Source: Massalongia carnosa (Eukaryota). Taken from it: a stretch of 64,000 nucleotides of DNA. A program made the position numbers and the translations under genes. Below the pieces are notes generated by a model. That model saw only the letters and a list, made by a program, of their open reading frames with translations, ran no database searches and had not been told where the DNA came from. Below, in pieces: positions 9,650 through 21,507 of this stretch. How positions within the stretch are numbered: position 1 is the first letter of the stretch; each line of letters opens with the position of its first letter. The DNA lies in NCBI GenBank assembly GCA_965645245.1, contig OZ287081.1, positions 1,116,001 through 1,180,000 of the forward strand, given 5' to 3'.

Positions 9650-11738
9650 TACTCTCGCTATTATTTTCGATCTACCTTTGTCACTTATTTCCGAAAGTAC
9701 TAATGAAATGCAATGCACATTCTCCTAGTTTTATTGACGATGTTGCAATATATGTCGAAACAAAACTGCAAAACAGAATTGCAAAGAAATCGAAATCATA
9801 GTTAAAACAGCATTTGATTTGGCCGCACCGAATATGTCAAATTTGATGACGATAAATCCGAACTGATATACTTGGAAAAGACAAGAAATGCATCGAAAAT
9901 ACATTCTGCAAACACCTAACGGAACTATACTAGAACCAAAAAATGTAGTCAAATGGTTGGGGATCTGGCTAGATCGAAAACTGAATTACAAAAAACACGT
10001 TAATACTCGAATTTCTTCTGCAAATCGGTCGTTCTTTGTAATTCAAAATTTGATGAAATCGAAATAGGGTCTAAAACCAACTGCATGCAGACAGCTTAAT
10101 CGGTCATGCATCGTTCCTATTTCGGGTTACGGTTCACAAATTTGTTACAATTGTAAAAAGAAAGATGAAAAACTATTTCAGATTTTGCAAAATCGGATGT
10201 TTCGAAAGATTTTAGGAACATTCAAAACCACACCTGTTCAGGCGATGGAATTTAAATCACATGTATAAGCAGTCAAACTACTTTTATTGATGAAAAAGCA
10301 AAAATACGTTATTCGATTGTTGTGTCATGGAATTACCACGCAACCTCCCACGTTTCCTGATCGGGTTAGTATTTAACAGGCTTTCTTGCCGTGAAACCTG
10401 CGCTGTATATTGAATAAAACCGTGGCCCGTTATTCCGAACTATCCTGAAACCTCACCCCATGTGTTCAGACGTTCTTCCGCTGCCTGCAGTGCACTCCCA
10501 AACTCCTATATCCCGAATCCAATCTCAAAGTCTCCACTATCCAAGCCTACGACTGGGATTGCCCAGCAGAGAGAGATTGCTTCGGCATGGAGAAAGGCGG
10601 AACAGGTCAAAGCGATTATGGTTAGGAAATTAGAACAGGAACAGAGATAAAGGCAAGTCAAGAATAGAGGAGTTGGAAGCCATGGCTATAAAACCTATAT
10701 GGTTTCTCAGGTGTTTGGAGCTCTTCGTCGGACGTCTTGTATACTATCCCTAGACCTAGCTTTCTAATAGTAACTCTCGCATATCTCCCTATCTGGACCT
10801 TGTCCGTGACATGTTGAAGATTGGCAAAAATAATCCCATTTGTCAAAGAATTCCAAAAACTTATTCGATAAAATTGAAAACATCGGTTTTGATAATAACT
10901 TATGGAACAACAAATATACCGAATAGAACGAAGACGAAAAACAAACGAATAAACGATATACTAGTCAGTTTATTGGCGTTCTCGACTCTATTTCGGACAT
11001 ATTTCACAAAACTGATAAATTTAAACAATCAAATAACTTCATAAAACAATAGAAGTCGTCTTGTAAAATTGAATTTCAAATCAAAATTCTAAAGAAATAG
11101 CAAAATCGAGTTATTATTCGACTTTGTCAAAAATTCAGTGTATGAATTCAGATAAACCACGAATATTACTTTATGCGAATGAATCAAAAATCGAATTTGC
11201 AACTTCTGCTGTCACATTGGCACCAATTATGCGAAATTGGAACAATTTTATCGATGATTTCGAACACTTTATCGAAAAAGAATGCGTTATCGAATATTAT
11301 ACAATTTCGAAAAGCTGGAAATTAAGCAAACAATCGATCATTGAAAATGCTGAACTGCATGCGATTTTACAAGTAGTCAAATGGGCGTTTAAATTGACGA
11401 ACGCGAATATATTATCGAATTTAGAAAAAACGATTTGGATTTTTTCCTATAGTTTAAACGCGATAAACGAAATTCAATATTTGACAAATCACATTTACGC
11501 GAAGCAAATTCGAAAGATTGAAAAATGTTTATTCGAAAACAACTATCAGATAATTCTGCAATAGATTCCTAGTCATTCGAAAATCATCGAAAACGAAATT
11601 GCAAATAAAGCGGTGAATGCGGGACACAGTTATATCCTAGCCGAGTCTTCGGCGATCATAATTTGACTATTTGAAAAGTTAAATTTATCAAAATACGCTA
11701 AAAACATGGACGAATCAATGGCAACGATGCAGGTCTAT
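9650..11738 (+). mobile_element. Degenerate LINE (Tad1-like) ORF2 remnant: RT C-terminus and RNase H
   Basis: KWLGIWLDRKLNYKKHV (RT thumb), RKILGTFKTTP, AELHAI, IWIFS, *IPSH...NEIANKA (decayed RNase H WIPGH...GNEIAD); many stops. Confidence 0.8.
10323..10811. mobile_element. Solo LTR (489 bp), same family as 59208..59695
   Basis: TGTCATGG...CCGTGACA termini; TSD TGTTG at 10318-10322 and 10812-10816. Confidence 0.92.
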
Positions 11739-14700
11739 TGTTGAATAGGTCTATGACTATGGCTATATGACTATGTAAAGATAGGGGCCTGTATGACCAT
11801 GATGTTAAGGATGCAGAGTTGCTACGGACTGCAGAGCAATCTGTTCCCTTTATATTGGTCACCTCTGCTAAGCGAGATGATAATAGTTTATCCGAGCCTC
11901 TATGCGATTAGATTAGATCTGATCTTATCTAATCTATCGGCTAGGCAATGCTGGTAGAAGTTGAACATTTAACACCCTCCCTTCAAGTTCTGCCAGTACT
12001 TGTTCTGATAATCAAATCCGCGCTGCGCGGTATGAACTCAACTAGATGAATTCATGTGAAGTTTTCTGATGAAGGAGAAGAATTTGACGTGGGTAAGCGG
12101 TTTGGTCAGTCCGTCCGCTACCATGTGTTCTGTTGAAACATAGGTAAGGTCTATTCGACCCTCTGTGACCACATTCCGTATTAAGTGATGCAGAATTTCG
12201 GTTTGCTTAGTCCTTAAATGTAAGACGGGATTATTGGCCAGTGCTATAGCACTCTGATTATCACCTTTCAATGCTATAGCGCCTTCCCTTTCAAGTACAT
12301 TCACTGTCGGAGTAGCATCATCCTGCATCAGCACGAGTTCTGTCATCAATAAGCGTATCCATATGGTCTCCTTAGCAGCTAAGGTGAGTGCCATATATTT
12401 GGCTTCTGTGGATGAGAGGGCAACGGTTTTCTGTCTTTTTGAGGCCCAACTGATTGGTCCATTGTTCAGCATGAAGACGTATCCGGAGGTGGACTTGCGG
12501 TCTTCCTTGTCACCGGTCCAATCATTATCGGAATAGCTCTGTATAGACAAATCTCCGCCACCAAAGGTAATGCCTCTGTCTCTGGTTGCAATGAGATATC
12601 TGAGAATCTGCTTGGCTGCCTCCATGTGTGATTTGCCAGGATTTTTGGCATGTCGGCTGACCACTGAGGTCGCGTAGGCAATGTCAGGCCTTGTTTCTAT
12701 CATAGCAAACATGATGGAGCCGACGATTGCTTGATACTGTTTAATGTCTGATTCTGAGGCCTGGGATTCATTTCTGAATAGACTGCCTTCTTTCATTGGG
12801 GTGGTGGTAGTGTTCGCGTTCTGCATATGAAACTTCTCCAGGACCTTTTCGATGTAGGTAGATTGAGATAGTTTGATTGTTCTGTTATCGCGATTTCGTT
12901 CTACCTTAGGCCTAGATAATGACTGATTGAGCCCTTGTCCACCATCTTGAACGCAATGTTCAGTTGTTTCTTGACTTCAGATATCATAGGAGATCCCTTT
13001 GGACCTATGATGTTCAGATCATCAACGAAGGAGGTAACAATTGGACCTCTTATTCCTGCCGAAGAAGAGAAGATACTATGATCTGCGTGAAGTTTGGACA
13101 GACCCAGCTTGGTAAGTAGAAATTCGGATAGCCTTTCGTACCATAGGCGTGGAGATTGTTTCAGGCCATAGAGAGCCTTGTTCAGTTTGCAGATCATGCC
13201 CGCTTTTTCATATCCTTTGGGCATTTGGACGTAAATCAATTGATCTATTACCCCATACAAGAGTGCTGTGACGACATCAAGCTGTTCGATGTCCAAGTCA
13301 TGAACAGCTGCTATGGCAAATAATAATCGGAAGGCCATTGGTTTCACTACGGAGGCATAGGTCTGTTCGAAATCTACTCCGTACTGCTGGAGATAGCCTT
13401 TCACCACCCATCTGGATTTGTACCGTGTGATATTTCCATTGACGTCTCGTTTCAGTTTGTATACCCATTTTCCACTGAGAGCAGTATGATTGGGCTCCAT
13501 ATCCTCGGTTCTGACAAGAGTCCATGTTTCGTTCTCGAGAAGACTGTTGTGTTCATTGTCCATGGAACGACTCCAGCTTTCTGAATGTGGACCTTTCCTA
13601 GCTTGATGGTATGTCTGAGGTTCAGCTATGTCGAGTTGAGACAGTGCGTCATAGTCTTCCAATCCTGATGATCCTTTCTTTTCCAAGGTTCTGGCAAGAA
13701 GAACGAGTGGATCCTCTGTGTCTATGTCATCGTATGTAGGAGTATGATTGGGTTCATATAAAGCTGTGTCTGATAGAAGAGACAATGCGTGTTCTATCTG
13801 AGCATGCTTTCTGGGTCTGCCACGTCCACGTTTTGGAATCGTTGTGGGGGATTGAATGACTGTTGATTTTGATGGAGTGACTATATCGGGAGTCATGATG
13901 GCTTCGTATGTAGGAACGTTGGTCTGGTCTTTGGAGATGGCGTCTTCGTGAATGCGCAGATCTTTGACCCTGATGACCCTGTAGTCCTTTTCCAGAAAGA
14001 CTCGATAGATCGTGCATCCATCGTACCCACACAAGACTCCGCGTTAGGCCCGAGGTAGCAATTTGGCCGATTTGCTGTTGGCGCCTTTGCGTTCTTCCTC
14101 ATGAATGAGTATATACACGGTTGATCCCAACACTCGCAGATGATTCAGAGGAGGTGACTTTGACTCGTAAATTTCAAATGGGGTCTTTCCGGATAAAGCA
14201 TTTGTAGGTCTGACGTGTTTTGTGTGAACCATAGCTAAAACCACCTCTGTCCATAGGTAGTCCGGAATGCCTCCTGCAATGATGGTACATCTAGTCATGT
14301 CCATGATAGTTCTGCCTGTTCGTTCAGACACACCGTTTTGTTCCTGTGAATACGGTGCGGAGGGTTCAAACGTTATCCCTTCTTTCAAGTACCAATCATC
14401 CGATTTCAGACTTCGAAGTTCTGTGCCGAGATCAGTTCGAAAGATGTTTATTGGCTTGCTCTTTCCTGTCTTGTTCTGAGCTAGACTGTAGTATGTCAAC
14501 AGATGATCAAACCATTCGCTATTCTTGATGCTTGTATACACATGAGTGTATCTGCTGGCATCGCAGGTGAAGGTAAAGAAGTACTGTTCTTCAAGAAGTC
14601 CTGCTGGTTTGATGGGTCCTACTAGATCGGAATGAACCCTTTGAAAGATGCCTGTTGCTCTCTCCTGAGGTGTCCGGTTGTATATCTTAGTGGCCTTTCC

Positions 14701-16821
14701 GAGTTCACAGGATAAACAGTACCAATCTTTGTTCACGTTGTCTGAGTACGACACATCGAGTCGTTTCAGAAAAGCTCGGCGGGTGATCAGGTTTAAATGA
14801 CCAAGACGCGCATGCCATGTTGACAGGTCTGTTATGGCTGACGTGTGGTAGACTGATGTGTTCGGCCACTGAAAGGTGCTCTCATCTGTCTGCATAAGAT
14901 GTGTAGCCACGTCTGGGGCGTCCAAGGTCTTTAGTACAAAGTTTGTATTGACTCTTGGCACATAGCCTATGATGTTCTGACTAATCCCGTTGAATAGGGT
15001 CCAGTTAACATTGTCGTCATAGTAGATGTTGTTTTGGTTGAGTAGTGCCAGACTGACGAGGTTCACTGGACACTGTGGAATGAAAAGAACGTTGTTTAGT
15101 ATTAACACTGACGAAGGTGAGTCGTCCTGTAGTGCCAACGTTTTCCGGATCATACCCCTCCCTGGAGACGTGCCATCTGATGTAGATCCTGCCAGACCTG
15201 TGGAGCGTGTTATGTAGTTGATGAACGACGGCCTGTGATTGCATACGTGCATGTCCGCTGCGCTGTCTAGTAGCCAGGTGTCTCTGTTGAGATGGTTGAT
15301 GGTCATGACCTTCTGTAGAGTGGTAGTCATGACCACTGTGAGTCAACTGCTCACTGTGGGAGTTGTAGTGCTGTGGTGTCTGGAGTTGACGCGGTGACTT
15401 CTGGCTTGGAGTTCTTTTGTCTCTTGACCCTCCCTGATTCAGCTGTGTCTCCTCTCGCCCGTTTTAGATAGGGGAATTTCTGGAAACACTCATCTGGCCA
15501 ATGTCGTGTTCTGTTCCTATTTACACACTCTGGAACAGTGCAACTTCCGATAGGTGCTCTACCTCTGTTGGAAACGCCAGTATGAAAAGCCTTGACAGTT
15601 AGGTTTCGTGCATAGGCTATGAGGATTTTTGTTGTTTCCGAAAGGTTTGTGGTGTCGTGCGTCCAGTCCCTGGAGAGTTGTGCAATGAGCGGGTCATACT
15701 TGTCTGTGCAGTTACCAAGCAGCATTCCCTGAAGTACAAACTCTATGGTTCGACGTTTACCTTGACCTCTTCAATCAACATGCTCTTGATCTGATTGAAG
15801 GCACCGTCATACTCTGAACAGTATTGACTGACTCTGTCGAAGTCTCTCATCTTTTTCGTACTAACCCTCAAGATGACATCCGTGATGCTCATTGGTGCCA
15901 CGTCCTGGAATCTATTCTTCAGAATGGCCCACATCTCGGCAGCGGTCTTGTTATTGATGAGGTTATAGTGACATGGTGCAACCAGTCCATGGATGATTCC
16001 AATAGCCTTGGTCATCTCGGTTTTCTGTCTGTTCTTATCATCCCGAAGTTCTTTGACGAGGATGCTGGTAGTAAGACTGGCCGGAGTAAACCCTGATACG
16101 ATGAGGCTCTCTCTGATGGAGTCCAATGAGATCTCTGGTTGGGTTTCCAGAATGGCTGTGTCACAGTTATTCTTCAGCAGAATACCTCTGGTGTAACTAG
16201 CCCATGCTGAGTAGTGTTCCGAGTTCTCTAGAAGGTGAGGCTCTCTGTGGAACTGTTGATTTCAGGAAGAGACATGATGAAGTCAGATGAAGAGAGTCAG
16301 ATGAAGATGAAGAAGAGGTCTCTAGTAAACTTCTGTAGATTGAAAGGTATCTAAGTTTCTGAGATTGGTGCAGGAGTAGGATGTGCACTGGACTGAATGA
16401 AGGAGATGGGAATATGTGATCTAGTTATAGACAAAACATTTCCCTTCCTTTGTCATCAAACTGTGATGTTCCTTTCTTTGCCACAACGCTTGTACCCTCA
16501 TGAAAGAACTCTCTTCAGATGGTGAAACTTTCACTTGGTGGTGTGGAGATAGGGGGCTGTCGGAACCACGGTCCGACCGTTCCATTTAATAGGCCGGGCC
16601 TGTTAAATGGAATAAGGTTTTTTCCGGATTCCGAATTTCCCGATTGAGGCGTTCTGCTTAATTGAAGTCTGATTACTCCATCTGTATACGCGTAGACTAG
16701 TCAGAAAGTCTGTTAATGAATGATGCAGCAAGGATCAAACCTTGGAACTGAATTTCCTAAGTCTGTCTCTGGATCAAAGTATGTTGAGTGGTGATGCAGC
16801 AAAATTCAGAATGAAGTCTGC
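11739..16821 (-). mobile_element. Ty1/Copia LTR retrotransposon, 5'-truncated; gag-pol disrupted
   Basis: 3' LTR 11739..11974 with adjacent PPT; order gag (about 16275-15351), protease WLLDSAADMH, WHARLGH, integrase HSDLVG...NGVSER, RT (FVDD), RNase H (STSGYVF, DNQSA, ADGLTK); in-frame stops and frameshifts; no 5' LTR before the MULE. Confidence 0.92.
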
Positions 16822-19800
16822 CCGAGAAGACTCGGGACAGTCCCCCCCCACCGTCCCCCTAGCGAAAATCATTGCAAATTAGGACTAGCTACAAGCCACC
16901 TCCTCATACTAAATATGTGCACGTCCACCGTCTCTCCGCAAGCTTCCTCTAGCTGATTTAGCTTAGCCCCGCATTCTGAAAAATCCTCATCTATTCATAC
17001 TACTACTATTACTACTACTCCTACCACTCATTGCGATGATCTCAATTCTGAAAATGCATCACTCAATTGCGAAACATTATCCTTTCTAGGCTTCATAGTC
17101 TTAGCAACCTTTCTTGCAGCTGCGTTTTTCCTCTCCTCAGCCCTTGCTTGTTTGGCCGCTTGGTCGGCCCTCTGCTGAGACTCCAACTCCAACTGAGCCT
17201 TCGATTTTTTGGCTACCACACCCCGTGACCCTCGTGTTGTTGTTGCAGACGATGTGGATGGTAGCTGGCTAGCGCGGATGTTTTTTTGACTGAGGCTATA
17301 AAGGGAAGGAGCTTTGGAGAGGGAACCGTTTGGGAAAGAGCCTTTTGGCTATGTTTCGCCAGCACTTCATCAATATCTTCAAATGAATCGGAAGAAGATG
17401 CCGGGGATGGAGGGATAAAATCATCATTCTCATTCAGAGAGAGTGGAGGATCGGGGGTAGGCTGAGTTGCTATATATTGCAGGGCATCGTCGTCAGATAC
17501 GATGATAGCATCTCCGGAATCTATACCGAATATTAGCCGCGCTACATCGATCGATTTGCTGATATCGTGGGTTTTTTATCATCAATCATACCCTTGTCTT
17601 CACCGCCTGCCCGCAATTCATCCTCATGCCTTCTTCTCCTCCCTTCTTCAATCGAGTCCTTACGTTTAGCACGTCGCTGCTTAGCTTCATCTGCCTCAGC
17701 TGCCTCACGGCCAGTGTAAGCCCGCCGGCGACTCCCACTCTTTTTATACATGAGGTTGTCCTTCGGTCGGATTTCGTCGGGGAAAGTTGTAGGGATAAGT
17801 GGCCTCGCCAGCTCCTTATCCTGCCATTTTTTATTGAAAATAGCAGTGAATTTGGCGAATTCACGAGCGTATCCCTCCCTTCTATGCACATTTTCTATTG
17901 ATTTATGAAAATCAATTGATTGATGTGCGGCCGCATGCAGCAAATCAACACCCCCGCGACGAAATCTATCCCCAGTATTATTGTCAACTGCCTTCTCGAT
18001 TTCCTCCTCCGGCTCAGATTCTTGACTTTGTTGAGCATTCCCCCCCTCATCCGCCTCCTCATCCTGCTCTTCTGTGGTCTTCCTGTGAGCTGCTCTCCGA
18101 AACATCTCAGCGAAATTTATGGTGGGGTCGAAAACCATGCTCCACGAGACCACAAAAGGCGGGCCATCGAAAAACCAGCGGGGATGAATGAGGGAGATAG
18201 GTATGGGGATAACATCAATGACGCAACGATACAACCAGCATCTGCACGGAAGACCGTATCGTGGAGGCAAATCACAATCATACATACAATCCTCACCGGT
18301 TGGTTCGATTAATGCAGTCCCTTCAACTCCAAAAGAAACCTGTTGATTGAAATCTTCGGCTAAAATTTTAGCTGCATCCAACTCTCTAGATATGAGGTCA
18401 ATAGCATGATGAGTTATTAAACCTATAAGGTCTTTGAACGCACTTCTATCCATTAGCCGGGGGTTGTTGATTCGTTGATGATTGGTTGATATTTCGTAGT
18501 CAACCTGAACCCTTTGCACTGTTTCGCATATTTTCCGCACCGAGTCCTTGATAGGTGTATGCCTATTTGTCACATTCTTTACCAACGGATGCAAACCTTC
18601 CACCCTTTGTGTGCTATGTGCACCTAAATTAGGGAACTTTCTGGTGTATGCGGAAACAAACTGACACTCCTGACGTTGATAATAGCTAGTAAAATACTAC
18701 TGGAAATAGGAGTGAGTTAGCCCTTATTAACGTTTTTTGATGGCTTCATACCTTTTCTGAAGCATGAAGCTTCAATATCAACGCGTTTCTCTTCTCATCC
18801 AGCTGTTCAACGGTAGGAGTTTTGATCCACTCCCATATCAATTCATGCAGTTCTTTCCGTACTTCTAAAGGATATGAACCCGCCCTGATCAGGCGTTTCT
18901 TGATTGCCTCCGCTGCGTGCCACGTGCATAATTGCAACACACAATCAGGGTCGGTTTCGTGTATTGATTGGGCGACTTGCCATGCAACGGTCATTGCTGC
19001 ATCCGGGTTTATTTCCTTAGCCCGTTTTTTATGCATCGCTGCAGTCAATCCAGCGGCGAAGTCTCCGAGGATGACCCTAGGACCAGGACATGTATCATGA
19101 AAAAAGAGATCTTTCATACAATCAAATAGAAACGTAAAGCACTCAGCCGATTCAGAAGTTATATAACAATAGGCCGCGGGGAAAGTCTGATTTGTGTTGG
19201 TGATGCCAACCAATACCGATAGAGGTAAGTTCAACTGATTTGTATTGAACGTAGCATCCGTTTCTATCAAAAATCCACTGACGAATCGTCTAGTCAGTCG
19301 GATCTGTTCAGCGTTACAGAAAAAGAAATGTTCAACAACACGTCTTCGGGGAGTATTGTTTTCAACGAGATATTTCTCCAAAGTCCGTACATGAAACCCT
19401 TCTTCTTCTAGAAATCCAAGTGCATAGATCAACTCTTCTTCAGGTGTATGTTTGCCCTGGGATCGAGCCAGGTTGTAATAGTCCTTCTTCGAAAGGCGCA
19501 GGCCAGTCATTCCCAAAACGCGAGATGCTTGACCGTATCTAGTTGATGCATCACGGAGACTTTTGGCTTGATCTAGGGCAGTTGCTCGATCGAGGTCTTG
19601 GCTACGATGCTCTTTGAAACCGAAGGGGTCTGTAGCCATCTCGTGATTGTGATCAGGATTGGTGATGATTAATCTCCAGGATTCGTCTTTGTTTTGCTTC
19701 AGTCTTAGTCGATATTTGCACTCGTTGAACGAGACCTTCGTGTTTTTTCGTACGCGGTCCTTCTCCTCTAGCTTTCTAGTGTTTCTTTCTCTTTTGTGAT

Positions 19801-20242
19801 GACGGGTGCAATCTAGTATAACGAGATGATTCTTCTTATCATTAGTCTCTGTGACCAATGCAAAGCCTTGAGTAAAGGCATAATTCTGAAGGCGGGTTTT
19901 TCCCTCCTCCCAGGAGATAAAGATTTCACTCTCACTCGGAGGAAGACGATGAGAAGACGGTAAACTCGCTATAGCCCTTTGCAAACGTGCATCCAGGGAC
20001 GTTGATGTGAGGGCCATAGCAAAGAAAAAGATTAGGGAGAGAAGAAGTGCGGTCTACCTATCATAGTGATAAATTTATACAGAGGGTTGGCTGCCTATAC
20101 CTATAATATTATTAATAGAGACGGTGAACGAGGTATATGCACCTAATTATTTAGTATGGGGAGGTGGCTTGTAGCTAGTCCTAATTTGGAATGATTTTCG
20201 CTGGGGGGACGGTGGGGGGGGGACTGTCCCGAGTCTTCTCGG
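16822..20242 (-). mobile_element. Mutator-like (MULE) DNA transposon, about 3.4 kb
   Basis: About 90-bp TIRs starting CCGAGAAGACTCGGGACAGTCCCCCC; no matching TSD in the flanks. Confidence 0.9.
17542..20017 (-). CDS. MULE transposase (FAR1-like N-terminus, MULE DDE, SWIM-like C-terminus); two exons, intron 18751..18700/18697
   Basis: C...HNH FAR1-type motif; ETDATFNTN..LPL; LQLCTWH; STQRVEGLH; C...YGLPCRC; intron GTATGA...GCTAAC...CAGTAG. Confidence 0.85.
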
Positions 20243-21338
20243 CCAACCGAGATATTGCGAAAAGCCTATATAGAGAACCGAGTGAATGGTAATGCCATGC
20301 AACACATGGAAGCCAGACTGAGGAAAGGGGCCGCCAAACCTTTCGAGACCGCTGAGGAAATGTTGGAATTATTGGAACGAATTTATGGGTCCCCAACCGA
20401 AAACACACTGCTATGAAGGCATTTAGGGCCTTGCGCATAGGAAGTAAGGACTTCAATTCTTTCTGGTCCGAATTTCAACGACTATCTTCAGAGTTAGATT
20501 ATAGCCCCTCTACCCTTATTGCTGAACTCACTCACAAGCTCTCCTTAGACATGAAAAAGCAACTGGCCATCGGAAATCAGGAACCCACGGACATTTATGA
20601 GTATGCTCATCGTTGCCAGCGAATTTTTCAAGCTTTGAAAGATGTCGAGAGTTCAAAAGCGAGCTATGATCGAATGAACGAAGGAAGAAAAAACGTCATC
20701 AAAGCATCAACACCCTTCAAGCCTAGAGTAGACACTTCTGCATCCAAACCTTCAACCTTACCTTCTCACTCCGTCCCTATTAAACCTGCTGTCACATCGG
20801 GACGTTTGACTGAGGTGGAACGAGAATAATTAACGAAGGAAGGTAGATATTTTTACTGCAAAGAAAATGGACATTTGGCAAAAGACTGTAGCAAAACTTC
20901 CAAAGCCTCTATCCACGAAATGAGCGGCGAGACGGGAAAAGAATAATCTCATCTGAAGGCGCGGATGAGGAGGAACCTCTATTGATTTCCTCTTCCTATT
21001 TACCTGGTGATTTGTTCACCGATGAACCTATTGTTCATGCATGTACGTTAGGTAATAGGAATGAGATAAAGCTTGATGCTCTTTTAGACACTGGGGCTAC
21101 GGGACATGCTTTTATCGACGAATCAATGGTGCGCACTATTTGTGAACAACTTCAAATCGAACCCCAGAAACTGACGAAACCAAACCGGTGCGAGGATTTG
21201 ATGGACGACGGGTCCCTAATATACCCATGCCATTTATCCTACCATGACGATGCAGGATCATCGTGAGAACTTATTACCATTGCTGATCACCAAACTAGGA
21301 CAGCACGAAATAATTCTAGGAAAACCTTGGATGAGGAG

Positions 21339-21507
21339 TGTGACGAAGCGAGATAGTGAATAGATTTCTACCATTGCGCCACCTGTCCTTCCCGAACAAA
21401 AGGCACAATACTTAGTCCGCAGACCAAGCTCTATTCTACTATAACTGGGACCTGCTATGTTCGCTGTAGGTCCTGCCGTCCGCACCACGCTTGGTCGAAC
21501 CGTTACA
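21339..21507 (-). mobile_element. Solo LTR of the TRIM family (169 bp) inserted in Gypsy pol
   Basis: Reverse complement of 8405..8573 with about one mismatch; TSD AGGAG/AGGAA. Confidence 0.93.

Noticed and set aside
10462..10650. Small ORF duplicated at 59348..59551
   Set aside because: Lies inside a solo LTR family; similarity is explained by the repeat
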